This document shows positions 23,568 to 32,602 of a stretch of DNA of 32,602 nt, in pieces. How positions within the stretch are numbered: position 1 is the first letter of the stretch; every line of letters starts with the position of its first letter. Source of the stretch: a virus (lineage: Duplodnaviria > Caudoviricetes); the IMG/VR virus record IMGVR_UViG_3300027708_000214, positions 1 through 32,602 of that record. One strand, written 5' to 3'. The notes beneath the pieces are model-generated. The model was not told where the DNA came from and searched no databases. It saw only the letters and a program-made list of their open reading frames with translations. Both the position numbers and the translations under genes were made by a program.

Positions 23568-23797
23568 TTGTCTTGCTTGCCGTCTAGCTTGTCAAATATC
23601 TTGTTCAACATATCTTTGATATCACGCATATCGGAACGGTAATCGTCTTTAAAGATATACGTTGCTGGTAGGTCTTCACGCAGTTTAGACAAGTCTGATT
23701 TCAGTTCTTTGACAGCAGACCACATTTCACGAGCAAACCAGCCCATCACGGAAAGACCAGCACCTAAAACCGCATCAATGATTTGTTGAGTTTCCAT
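23564..23797 (-). CDS. Small membrane-anchored coiled-coil protein, lysis-module associated
   Basis: N-terminal hydrophobic helix and KDDY...IF.KLD.K.DK tail. Confidence 0.7.
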   Translation of the reverse strand: METQQIIDAVLGAGLSVMGWFAREMWSAVKELKSDLSKLREDLPATYIFKDDYRSDMRDIKDMLNKIFDKLDGKQDK

Positions 23798-23802
23798 GAT
23801 TG

Positions 23803-25422
23803 TTACCGAGTAGGAGGGGGAACACCTTGCATACCACGACCAGCACCAACTTTTTCTTTTTGGATCATCTTTTTAATGATTGCTTCATCATTCTTATTCA
23901 TTTCATTGAACAACAAAGACCCAGGATTCATGCTTAACATTAAATCTTTAAGTGGTCCAAAATCACCCTTCAAAGCGGCTTTGCTTACGTCATAAGGCAT
24001 TGTAGCCAAAGACTGCAACGAGTCTTTTGCATCTTGCAGACTTGCATTTACAGCAGCCTCATTTCCTTGATATTTGCGATAAGCAGCAATACCTAATGCT
24101 GGCAATGCAGCAGCAACCGCCGTTGTAGCCAATGCACTAGGAGTAACAGCGCCTTTAATGTAATCAGGGACAAAAGCTGAACGTGGATAAGCTCCACCTT
24201 TTTGAGTTACTTTGCCTGAATTGTCAGGAAAAACGCCAGGTTCTCCACCAGCCATTGTTGCAAGTTTATAGTCTTCAAACATTTGAGGAAGAACTTTTGG
24301 ATCGTAAGGAATATTCTTACTTCCAATCATTTGTTGCCATACTTTAGGTGCCGCTTCTGGGCCAACTTGTCCAGCAATCCAGTTGTATGCACCTCTACCA
24401 ATAACTTCACCTTTTACTTTGTTACTAATAGGGTTAGGCCGCATACCTTCTGGCACATTTGGAGCAACAGCACCAGCAACTTTAGGCGTTTCAACAACAG
24501 GGGTTTCTTTTGTAAGTTCTATAGCCTTTTCAACAGGAGTTGCAGTAGGGTCTGTAACCACTTCTGCTAATGTTGATGGCGTTGCTGATTTTGCTGGCGT
24601 AGCAGTTTCAGGAGAAACAGGAGCAGGTTCTGCATTTGCAGGAGGAGCAGCAAAAGTTTCAGCAATAGAAGTAATACCCAATTTTTGTTGAAGATCAGAA
24701 ACTGTTGGCTTTGGAGTAGCACCTATTTGAGATTCAGGCGGCAAATTTTCAGCAGCAGCTACTTGTGCGGCAGCACCAACAGGATTTGCTTTAACCATTG
24801 CGGCTTTGCGTTGCGCTGCAATAAGTTTTTCTTGAATTAATTGCGCTTGTGCTTCAGCGGCTTTTGTACGAGCTGCTTCAGAGGCTGCACGTTGCGTTTC
24901 AGTTTGAACACGGGCATTTAGCAATGGGTCTTCTACAGGGCCAACATTACCTTGTTGAGCCTGTTGAGCAAAGCGGTTGGCTTGTTCGGCTTGTTGCAAC
25001 TTTAATTGTTCTTGTTGAACCTTTACAGCAGCAGATGGCTCCAAGGCATTTAATGCAGCTTGTTTTCTTACTTCTTGTCTGTCTCGCAAATTTTCAAAAA
25101 CTAAATCACCTGCTTTTTTAGCAACATAACCCGTAGCGAGAACAGCAGGAGGAATTGCAAGTTGTTCCCACATTGGAAGATCAGCATAAGACTGAGCAAT
25201 GTTATTAAATGCATTTCCCAATGATTTAACACCGCTAACATTTGGTGCTGTTGGCGGGATAGATGCGGTAGATGGCTGGTTATCGGCAATCAAATTGGTT
25301 TTGTAATTTGCTATCCAAGCACGATGTTCAGGGTCTTTTGATTCAGATAACCCTTGAAGAATATCTTGTGGCCCCAATCCCCTGCTTAATGCTTCAGCAA
25401 TTTGCAAATTTATATCAGCCAT
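23803..25422 (-). CDS. Putative internal virion/DNA ejection protein (539 aa)
   Basis: A/Q/P-rich with two hydrophobic segments; lies after the tail genes. Confidence 0.55.
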   Translation of the reverse strand: MADINLQIAEALSRGLGPQDILQGLSESKDPEHRAWIANYKTNLIADNQPSTASIPPTAPNVSGVKSLGNAFNNIAQSYADLPMWEQLAIPPAVLATGYVAKKAGDLVFENLRDRQEVRKQAALNALEPSAAVKVQQEQLKLQQAEQANRFAQQAQQGNVGPVEDPLLNARVQTETQRAASEAARTKAAEAQAQLIQEKLIAAQRKAAMVKANPVGAAAQVAAAENLPPESQIGATPKPTVSDLQQKLGITSIAETFAAPPANAEPAPVSPETATPAKSATPSTLAEVVTDPTATPVEKAIELTKETPVVETPKVAGAVAPNVPEGMRPNPISNKVKGEVIGRGAYNWIAGQVGPEAAPKVWQQMIGSKNIPYDPKVLPQMFEDYKLATMAGGEPGVFPDNSGKVTQKGGAYPRSAFVPDYIKGAVTPSALATTAVAAALPALGIAAYRKYQGNEAAVNASLQDAKDSLQSLATMPYDVSKAALKGDFGPLKDLMLSMNPGSLLFNEMNKNDEAIIKKMIQKEKVGAGRGMQGVPPPTR

Positions 25423-25424
25423 AA

Positions 25425-27005
25425 TTATTTCCCGAAAATTTCGTTAAAAAGTTTCTTTTTATCGGTGGTTGTATTAGAACTATTTTTAGTAGGCGAAGAA
25501 GTTGATGTAGCAGGAGGCTTGCTACCAGCAGGTGTGCCAGCAGGCATTGCAGGAAGTGCGGGAGGAGTAACAGGCGCTCCATTAACTTGCTGAACAATTT
25601 CTTTAGCTACTGGAGCAGCATTAAGTTTTTCCATTGCCGCTTTGTTTGCCGCTAAAAATTCAGTGACGTTTTTAGTGCGTTCAGAACGAAGTTGTTTGGC
25701 GGTTAATCCTGATGCAAATTCAGCCTCTACTTCACCAATATTAGGAGCAGAGTAAGGCGCATTTTTTTGTTGATCAAGAACTGCTTGTGCAAATGCTTTT
25801 GCTGCTTTTGCTTGTGCCAATGTGTATTCGGCATTAGTACCAGCCAAGGTAAAACTGTCTGTAGTGGCATGATTTACATTGGGCGCACTAGTAAATCCTG
25901 GTACACCACCAGCGGCATCAAGTTGGTCAGCCAAGAATTTGCCTTGCGCTTTCAATCCAATAAGACGGGTAATAGCATCAATGTTTTCAATTTTTCCACC
26001 GGCAGCAAGCAATTGCGCTTCATTTGCCAAATTTGCCGCATTGGATTGAATGCTATTAGCGGCAGAATTACTTGCAGCAACTTTGTCCGCAATTTCGTTA
26101 ATGTCTTGAGTAGAGGTAACTTTGTTATTTCCTACTTTAAGACCTTCACCTTGTTTGTATGCAATACCCATTACATCAACATTACCCAAAACATCTTTGG
26201 CATTATTCCAATCATCTGTAGTTGCAGTTCCATTTACAAATCTGCTCAATGTGTCACGCGCAACTTGCGCTTGTTGCGCTTTACTAGCGGTCAACACATT
26301 AACTTTAGCAAGCAAAGTGCGAGTAGCGGGATTAACAGAAGAACCAACCAAAGATTGAGACAATTGCTTTTGTTCATTGCCATTGTCAATTAAAGCATCA
26401 GATACTTTTGCGGCAACAGATGCAGCATTGAGAGTCTTACCCCAGCTTGCTGCTTGAGCAGCGGCAACTACAGGGGCAGCTAATCCTTGCGCTTTATATT
26501 GAGCAGCACGTTCAGCGGAAATATCACGAACAGAAGCAATAGGCCCAAGTTTTTGCAGTTCTTCAGGAGAAACTTTTTCTCCATTTGCCCATTCATAACG
26601 ACGAAGATCGCCCCTAGCGTTATAAACAGTTACGACTGGAATACCAGCACCATTACGACCAATTTCACGAATGTCAGAACCGCCAGTAAATCCAGTAATA
26701 ATGTCACCCAAATTTTGGGCGCTTAAAACTTTTTCCCAACGAGTATCATTTGAACCAGCAAAATCTTTACTGTCTTTTGGCGTTGAATATGCTTTTAATG
26801 CTTCTGCCGCTTTAACTCTATCTTGTGCAGTAGCATTTGGGGATTGACCAGCAACAATAGCTGAAGCAATAGGAGCATTTTCTGCGTAATGTTGAACAGC
26901 ATTAGTCGTATTAACTCCAGCCAAAGCAGGAGGCGTTTCCCACCCAGAGTTATCACTAACAATCTGGGTTGCATCTGGGGTCATAGGAGCAATAAGGGTT
27001 GGCAT
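25425..27005 (-). CDS. Putative internal virion/DNA ejection protein (526 aa)
   Basis: Ala-rich helical protein, AAGGA RBS, position in the late operon. Confidence 0.55.
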   Translation of the reverse strand: MPTLIAPMTPDATQIVSDNSGWETPPALAGVNTTNAVQHYAENAPIASAIVAGQSPNATAQDRVKAAEALKAYSTPKDSKDFAGSNDTRWEKVLSAQNLGDIITGFTGGSDIREIGRNGAGIPVVTVYNARGDLRRYEWANGEKVSPEELQKLGPIASVRDISAERAAQYKAQGLAAPVVAAAQAASWGKTLNAASVAAKVSDALIDNGNEQKQLSQSLVGSSVNPATRTLLAKVNVLTASKAQQAQVARDTLSRFVNGTATTDDWNNAKDVLGNVDVMGIAYKQGEGLKVGNNKVTSTQDINEIADKVAASNSAANSIQSNAANLANEAQLLAAGGKIENIDAITRLIGLKAQGKFLADQLDAAGGVPGFTSAPNVNHATTDSFTLAGTNAEYTLAQAKAAKAFAQAVLDQQKNAPYSAPNIGEVEAEFASGLTAKQLRSERTKNVTEFLAANKAAMEKLNAAPVAKEIVQQVNGAPVTPPALPAMPAGTPAGSKPPATSTSSPTKNSSNTTTDKKKLFNEIFGK

Positions 27006-27013
27006 GATTGTCC

Positions 27014-27334
27014 TTAACGATTGTTTTGTTCTACATAATTATGTTCTTCTGCTTTAACGGCTTCTTCAAGTGAGCCATATTGTCCAGCAAGATTAGAACC
27101 AAAACTTGGTTGCAATTGAGAACCAAATTGTCCCATAGGAATGCTAGGTTGAGCAGGAATTGGAATAGCATCTATTACAGGAACCTTGGGCGTGGGAGCA
27201 ACAGGACGAGGTTGTTCTTGAGGCATTGAACCAAATTGGTTTTGCGAATTAAATCCCGCATATTTTTGCCAATTGCCATAACCTTGTCCATAAGACATAG
27301 GAGCAATGCCAGGAAGTTCAGGTACAAAAGCCAT
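27014..27334 (-). CDS. Hypothetical P/Q/G-rich virion-associated protein (106 aa)
   Basis: Operon packing, low complexity. Confidence 0.6.
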   Translation of the reverse strand: MAFVPELPGIAPMSYGQGYGNWQKYAGFNSQNQFGSMPQEQPRPVAPTPKVPVIDAIPIPAQPSIPMGQFGSQLQPSFGSNLAGQYGSLEEAVKAEEHNYVEQNNR

Positions 27335-27337
27335 AAT

Positions 27338-28072
27338 TTATTTTCCGAATTGGAATCCAACGCCTTTACCAGAGCCTTGGCTGGTAGAGCCTTGGGTTCC
27401 AGAAAAATTTGGCGTAGTAGAGGATTGGGGAGTTCCATAAATAATGGAAGCATATTTGGCATAAGCATCTTGAGGCGCACCAGCGTAACCAATACGAGAA
27501 GCGGCAGCTTGATTTGCGGCTCCAAGATTAGATTGACCTGCGCCCATCAATGCTTGAGCAGCAGCGGCACGATTTGCTTCAACACCAGCAGATGCAGCAG
27601 CAGCGGCAGTTGCTTGACGTTGTTCTCCTAATTGACGCAAATTGGTATCAGCAAGGGCTTGTCGAGAAGAACCAAGACCACCAGCACCCCCATACATAGC
27701 ATTCTGTTGGCCTAGTTGTTCTCTAGTTGCTTCACGACCTGCTTGCAATGCGGCATCTACTTGCTGTTGTTTGTATTGTGGGCCAAACAAAGAAGCAAGA
27801 CCAGCAGCACCACCCAACAAAGAAGCGGAACCTACACCTTGTTGTAGTTGGCCTGTTTGACCAGCAACATTAGAAGCGGTATTGGCAGCATTAGAAACTT
27901 GTCCAGCAGCTTGGTTATATACATTACCAGCACCAGCAATAGTGTTTTGATATGCTGGAAGTGCCGTGTTCTTCAAAAAGTCCGTTTGAGTTCTGAGCAA
28001 TTCTTGTTGCTCTGGAGTCATCTGAACTTGCGTTGATTGATTCCCTGATGATTTGCCGCCGCCGATTCCCAT
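27338..28072 (-). CDS. Putative DNA pilot/ejection protein (244 aa)
   Basis: G/A/Q-rich; MGIGGGKSSG...TPEQ start and AGGLGSSRQALA motif typical of podovirus ejection proteins. Confidence 0.65.
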   Translation of the reverse strand: MGIGGGKSSGNQSTQVQMTPEQQELLRTQTDFLKNTALPAYQNTIAGAGNVYNQAAGQVSNAANTASNVAGQTGQLQQGVGSASLLGGAAGLASLFGPQYKQQQVDAALQAGREATREQLGQQNAMYGGAGGLGSSRQALADTNLRQLGEQRQATAAAAASAGVEANRAAAAQALMGAGQSNLGAANQAAASRIGYAGAPQDAYAKYASIIYGTPQSSTTPNFSGTQGSTSQGSGKGVGFQFGK

Positions 28073-28074
28073 GA

Positions 28075-28482
28075 TTACGCTCCTTTACCTTTTCCACCAC
28101 CCATTTGAGGCATGGTAGGAGGTCGTTGAATTGATGAATTATCCCATGAACCAGTAGTATTGGCATAGGGGTTTGGCTGACCAGTTTGAGCCTGCCCAGA
28201 AGTGGCGCTAACAGTCATGTTCCCACCATCGGGAACAAGTTGATTGGGGTTGGGTGCATTTCCTGCAATACCCTTGCCACCGCTTGGTTGAGCCGCTTGT
28301 TGAGTTTGCAAATTAGAACGATAACCTTGATCTATTACCGCAGATGCACTTGGTTCAGAATTGTTGGCTTGAGATACAGGAAGCGTAGACATTCCCTTAC
28401 CAGCGCCTTTACCGCCCATTTGAGGCTGTTGCATTAGTTGATTAGTTGGATTCTGCGGCATTGAAGGTGTAGGTGCGCCCAT
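28075..28482 (-). CDS. Hypothetical disordered virion-associated protein (135 aa)
   Basis: AAGGA RBS; Q/P/G-rich with three GGKG motifs. Confidence 0.65.
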   Translation of the reverse strand: MGAPTPSMPQNPTNQLMQQPQMGGKGAGKGMSTLPVSQANNSEPSASAVIDQGYRSNLQTQQAAQPSGGKGIAGNAPNPNQLVPDGGNMTVSATSGQAQTGQPNPYANTTGSWDNSSIQRPPTMPQMGGGKGKGA

Positions 28483-28491
28483 GATTTATCC

Positions 28492-28845
28492 TTAACGAAG
28501 TTCTGCCCATAAATTAATAGAAGATAAAGTTCCCCCAAGAATATAAGTATTTCCAGGGGGAATTACAGCAGAAAGCATACTTTGAGCAGTAAAAGCATAA
28601 GCCTGCGTTTGCGAAACAATAAGACTATTTACAGTTAAAGTAGCAATACTATTTGCTGCACCACCAATAATGCTTATATTAACTTGTATTGGTTTTGCCG
28701 TTGTATTTGTATATGTTGTTCCTATAGCGCGAGAGGAAGTAACATTTTGCCAAGTTTGAGATAATCCCAATCCTATAAATGCGGTAGATTGTGTGGTTCC
28801 ATCAGGAAATACAATTCCATTTGTTCCATCTATTTTCGTAGTCAT
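28492..28845 (-). CDS. Small tail-fibre-associated beta-rich protein (117 aa)
   Basis: IDGTNGIVFPDGTTQ start, QTWQNVTSSR..GTTYTNTT.KPI.V and WAELR end resemble tail-fibre tip modules. Confidence 0.7.
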   Translation of the reverse strand: MTTKIDGTNGIVFPDGTTQSTAFIGLGLSQTWQNVTSSRAIGTTYTNTTAKPIQVNISIIGGAANSIATLTVNSLIVSQTQAYAFTAQSMLSAVIPPGNTYILGGTLSSINLWAELR

Positions 28846-28854
28846 ATTATTTCC

Positions 28855-31608
28855 TTAAACAGTAGTCCAAACACTTCCGCTTGGAACAGTAACGATATTT
28901 CCAGTATTTATATCAATAGGGCCAATACTTAAAGCATTACTTGAAGAAGCCACGGAAGCATTTTGAGTAATGGTTTGTGGATTTTGTAAAAATGGCAAAT
29001 TTAAGTACAAAGTATTTCCATCAAATACTAAATTATTAGATGAGTTTCCAGAAACAATTCGCCCATCAGAGTATAAATGAGTTCCAGAACCAGTCATTGT
29101 TGTCCCGCTAATTACAGGACTACTTCCAATTTGTAAATCACCAGCGGTAATGTTACCAAGATTTGCGCTTATTGCAGACAAAGAAGTAACAGAAAGTTTG
29201 TCTGAAGTAATTGTGTTTTGAACAATCAAACTTCCGGTGATGTAAGTGTTAAACAATACCCAAGATGTTGTATAACGGTAAATGGTAGCGTTGTTGTAGT
29301 TGTTGTAGCTAACAGTAACAATGTCCCCCGCTACTGGATTGCGACCAAGTAAGGCAGAAACTTCAGCGTTTGTTGGGGCCGAACTATCGTTTGCTACTCG
29401 GGTAATAACAAAAGTAGCAGCACCATTGGAGCCATTAGAACCATTTGTTCCATTTGTTCCATTGGAGCCATTGGTTCCAGCATATCCAACAGCATAAACA
29501 GTTGTGCTTGTCCAAGATGCCGTGGAATTTGGGGTTGTGTTGGAGTCAGAAACAATCGTATTGATTGCCCAAAGCGTTTGACCAGCGACAGCAGCACCTG
29601 GAAGCAAAGCCCATCCATTAGGCACAGAAGGGGCTGTAAACGAGCCTGTAGCCCATGTGTAGGTAGATGTGCCAGATGGGTAAGTTGACGGCGCTGAAGC
29701 AGCCCATTGGTAAACTTCTAGGACACCTACACGTTGTCCGTTAGCACCAGTTGCTCCAGTTGCTCCATTAGAGCCAGCAGCACCAGCAGGAAACGGAGTT
29801 GTAGAAGCCCAAGTAACCGATGAAGTTGAACTGGTAGATGTGTCGGAGTATGTCTGACGAATTACATAAAGTGTCTGTCCGGCAACATAAGTACCAGGTG
29901 TTGTCGTCCATCCATTAGGAGTTCCAGGGGTTGTAAAAGTTCCAGTTGCCCAAGTATAAGTAGACGATCCAGATGGATAAGTAGATGGCAATGTGGATGA
30001 CCATTGGTACATATCCAAAACAGCAGTACGAGTGCCATTAAGTCCATTTGTACCGTTTGTGCCGTTAGTACCAGCAGCACCAGTTGCGCCATTCAAACCG
30101 TTGTAAGCAATTGCTCGAATAGGGTTAGCAACATCCGTCCAATCAAGAGTAGACGTAGTGGTAGTTGCAGAAGTATTTAACGGGTAAGTAATTGACCAAA
30201 GGTAATTGCCTACAGTTGTATTGCTAGGTGCGGTTGTTGACCATCCAGATGGAGCAGAATAAGCGCCGGTTGACCAAGTGTAAGTAGAAGTTGTAGTTGG
30301 TCGAGTTGGTGGCGTAGAACTTCCTGTCCATTGGTAAATGGTTGGGAATGCCGACATTACGCCGTTGGAACCAGCTTGTCCCGCTGCACCATTAAACACA
30401 ATGGGCATTGTGATGGTTTTACTTAACGGAGAACCAAGGTTTGTTCCACTGACGGTTAACGTCACTACAACGGACGTTGCGGAAGATGTTGGAGTTACTA
30501 CTACAGAAGATGCGGTAGAACTTGTAGGAGTTGCGCCAGATATTGCCCAAGAATATGTTGGGCTAGTAATATTAAACGGTACAGCACTTAAAGTTGCATT
30601 AATTGGGGTGTAAGCACCACCTGAATTTTGTGTAAATCCTGTAAACCCAGAAATATCAATACTTGATGCGCTTACACCATTTGTACCGTTTGTTCCATTG
30701 GTTCCGTTGGTTCCATTGGTTCCGTTAGTGCCGTTTGTACCGTTAGCGCCTGGGTCAGCATAAACAAATTGGATTGTTGCAACAGAAGCCTGTGCAACTA
30801 CACCCGTACTGTTTTTGTACCTAACTGGAACTGTAATGTATGCCGGACTATTTGGCATTGCCGTGGGATTAGGCCATTGAGCATAATCACCAGCATCTGT
30901 TGGGTCGCCAATCGTAATGTTGGTTTTGGAAATATCACCATAACCCGTGGTGGATGAGTTACCAATACGCCATGAGTTATTTACAAAACCAGCGTTAGAG
31001 TCTGTTTGTGCGCTAGTAAATGGAACAATTGCGCTTTTATTTGAAGCATACATAACAGGCACAATGCCCGTAAATGATGGCGTTAATGGGCTTCCCGAAC
31101 GGGAAACTTGAAGAATACTTGGCGTAAAGTATCCAGTGAACGAGTCAACAATGACTGGAATATTTCCCGATGTGACAACATCCAAATCAATTGACCCACC
31201 ACCGTCAATTACCCATCCGGTATCAGGTAAAGATGTTGCTACCTGAAAGTTAATTTGTCTTCCACCAGTTGCTATGTAATATAGAAACTTGGTTACACCA
31301 AAACCACCAGTAACTAAATTCCAAGAGTAATCAGCAGGGTTAGATGACTCTGTTGGGTCATTGGAATTACGAATGCCGTAATACAGCCTATTGGTTGGAG
31401 AATTACTAAAGTTAGATGTTCCTGTAGAGTTATCGGCGTATTTAATCGCCATATACTTGTACAGATAACCAACGGTAATTCCAGTAGGGCCAATAATTTC
31501 ACCCGTGCCAGAATTACTAGACAAGCCAGTTGAAAAATTACTTAGGATGTAATTAATTGCGCCGGATACATCCGACATTGACGGGTCTGATTCAAGGGCG
31601 AAAGGCAT
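28855..31608 (-). CDS. Tail fibre with collagen-like G-X-Y segments and repeated S/T-rich domains (917 aa)
   Basis: IKYADN..G..FS.SPT..YYG head, GTN repeats, LSAISANLG motif, terminal GPI.I..G..VTVPSGSVW. Confidence 0.85.
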   Translation of the reverse strand: MPFALESDPSMSDVSGAINYILSNFSTGLSSNSGTGEIIGPTGITVGYLYKYMAIKYADNSTGTSNFSNSPTNRLYYGIRNSNDPTESSNPADYSWNLVTGGFGVTKFLYYIATGGRQINFQVATSLPDTGWVIDGGGSIDLDVVTSGNIPVIVDSFTGYFTPSILQVSRSGSPLTPSFTGIVPVMYASNKSAIVPFTSAQTDSNAGFVNNSWRIGNSSTTGYGDISKTNITIGDPTDAGDYAQWPNPTAMPNSPAYITVPVRYKNSTGVVAQASVATIQFVYADPGANGTNGTNGTNGTNGTNGTNGTNGVSASSIDISGFTGFTQNSGGAYTPINATLSAVPFNITSPTYSWAISGATPTSSTASSVVVTPTSSATSVVVTLTVSGTNLGSPLSKTITMPIVFNGAAGQAGSNGVMSAFPTIYQWTGSSTPPTRPTTTSTYTWSTGAYSAPSGWSTTAPSNTTVGNYLWSITYPLNTSATTTTSTLDWTDVANPIRAIAYNGLNGATGAAGTNGTNGTNGLNGTRTAVLDMYQWSSTLPSTYPSGSSTYTWATGTFTTPGTPNGWTTTPGTYVAGQTLYVIRQTYSDTSTSSTSSVTWASTTPFPAGAAGSNGATGATGANGQRVGVLEVYQWAASAPSTYPSGTSTYTWATGSFTAPSVPNGWALLPGAAVAGQTLWAINTIVSDSNTTPNSTASWTSTTVYAVGYAGTNGSNGTNGTNGSNGSNGAATFVITRVANDSSAPTNAEVSALLGRNPVAGDIVTVSYNNYNNATIYRYTTSWVLFNTYITGSLIVQNTITSDKLSVTSLSAISANLGNITAGDLQIGSSPVISGTTMTGSGTHLYSDGRIVSGNSSNNLVFDGNTLYLNLPFLQNPQTITQNASVASSSNALSIGPIDINTGNIVTVPSGSVWTTV
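30676..30750 (-). repeat. 9-bp-period tandem repeat encoding G-ANG-(TNG)7
   Basis: Eight 9-nt units that differ almost only at third codon positions. Confidence 0.9.
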
Positions 31609-32602
31609 TAGAACGCATCCTCAACAATGTTGGCTTGCCAGTTCAATGCGGTCAGATTCCATGTGTCTGTTGCATCGTTGGATGCTACTTTAACAGAAAC
31701 AGTACGAACATTGTTTTGCTGCGTAGTAACCCAAGGATTGTCCGTCACAATGTTGGTTTGTCCAGTTTGACCATAAACAGGCGTTTGTGCCGTAGAGTTT
31801 GCACCACCAACAGTAATGTTAATTTTTCCAGTACCAGCAATTTCCGGCAAAACTCGGTGTATATACACTTTTGACGAATACGGAACTGGCCCTTTATCTG
31901 TCTGCAAATTAATATTTGTTCGTTCAAACAATGTTGGAATGGCGGTGTTATTGATAAACGAGTTTCCAATATTGGTTTGAATTAATTGAGAACTTGAGGT
32001 GCTTCCCTGTGCATAAACAATAGTACGAGAAGCAAACTGGAAATCAGAATCAACATATTTAGGTGCTTCACAAGCATCTGTAGCATTCACAATGTCTTTA
32101 GGAGCATTCCACACTTGAATGTCATAACGCCATGCAAGCATTTTGTTGCACCAGCCGGTAGAGTTTAAATCAGGGTAATACACCTCAACCTGATTCTTTT
32201 GTGTGTTATTTACAACAAATATTCGGTCTGAGTAAGTTTGGCTCAAGTTGGCGAAGAAGTAATCACGAACTTTTTGATTGCCTAGTGGATTAAAGCTAGA
32301 ACCGTCAAACACCCAAATGTCTCGGCTATCTACGCCATAGACGTATTGGTCAGTGTTAGTCCAGCAATTGTTGTTAATCAATCCACGACCTTGGTTGAAC
32401 AAGCGAATACCAAATACAGGAGCCGTGCTGTTTGTATATGAAATAGGAGAAAAGATTACCGTATCCCAATAAGAACAAACGTAAAAGTTAGCACCTAAGA
32501 AGAAACCGTCCACAAGAGGCCCGCGAACAGGAACTTCCACCTCATTGGCTACGTTACTAAGGGTTGGAACCCAAGTGCCAGGAATGCCCGTATTGGCGAA
32601 CG
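31608..32602 (-). CDS. Tail tubular/stabilisation protein (P22 gp10 / T7 gp12-like), 5' end outside the window
   Basis: Frame is open to the window edge (FANTGIPGTWVPTLSNVANEVEVP...); beta-propeller-like motifs (IWVFDG....LG..KVRDYFF); upstream of the tail fibre. Confidence 0.7.
   Translation of the reverse strand, partial: FANTGIPGTWVPTLSNVANEVEVPVRGPLVDGFFLGANFYVCSYWDTVIFSPISYTNSTAPVFGIRLFNQGRGLINNNCWTNTDQYVYGVDSRDIWVFDGSSFNPLGNQKVRDYFFANLSQTYSDRIFVVNNTQKNQVEVYYPDLNSTGWCNKMLAWRYDIQVWNAPKDIVNATDACEAPKYVDSDFQFASRTIVYAQGSTSSSQLIQTNIGNSFINNTAIPTLFERTNINLQTDKGPVPYSSKVYIHRVLPEIAGTGKINITVGGANSTAQTPVYGQTGQTNIVTDNPWVTTQQNNVRTVSVKVASNDATDTWNLTALNWQANIVEDAF

Noticed and set aside
25415-25597. Programmed frameshift joining the 526-aa and 539-aa genes
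   Set aside because: The alternative-frame ORF stops at 25415 and is not in frame with the downstream gene, so no fusion would result.
28855-31608. Diversity-generating retroelement target in the tail fibre
   Set aside because: No reverse transcriptase and no template/variable repeat pair differing at adenines in the window.

Overview
The window looks like most of a short-tailed (podovirus-like) dsDNA phage genome, probably circularly permuted. A minus-strand late region runs from about 8425 leftwards (GNAT-like protein, small terminase candidate, small ORFs, large terminase, portal, scaffold, major capsid cut at base 1). It apparently resumes at the right edge (tail tube/stabilisation protein, collagen-like tail fibre, ejection-type proteins, holin, GH108 endolysin, metallophosphoesterase). 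The middle holds a small plus-strand module with a Gp88-like protein, flanked by A-tract and G/C-run DNA (about 8430-10730). It also holds a leftward operon of tiny ORFs and a rightward replication/recombination operon (YdaU-like initiator with internal origin-like repeats, short C5-MTase-like protein, SF4 helicase, RusA, Sak3-like recombinase, SSB-like protein, MazG-like protein). No integrase, CI/Cro repressor, polymerase, tRNA or CRISPR array was recognised. The most notable signals are (1) a C4/CI-like antisense RNA at 11751-11876 with exactly complementary kissing loops and a terminator/antiterminator alternative, followed by about 290 nt of further structured non-coding sequence, (2) three pairs of 26-nt direct repeats that each bracket exactly one accessory gene, (3) an isolated protein that is 35% acidic with no Lys or Arg (DNA-mimic candidate), and (4) a second compact structured RNA at 18950-19017. 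All family calls come from motif recognition by eye, without database searches. Several start codons were moved from the ORF track to better-supported ATGs.
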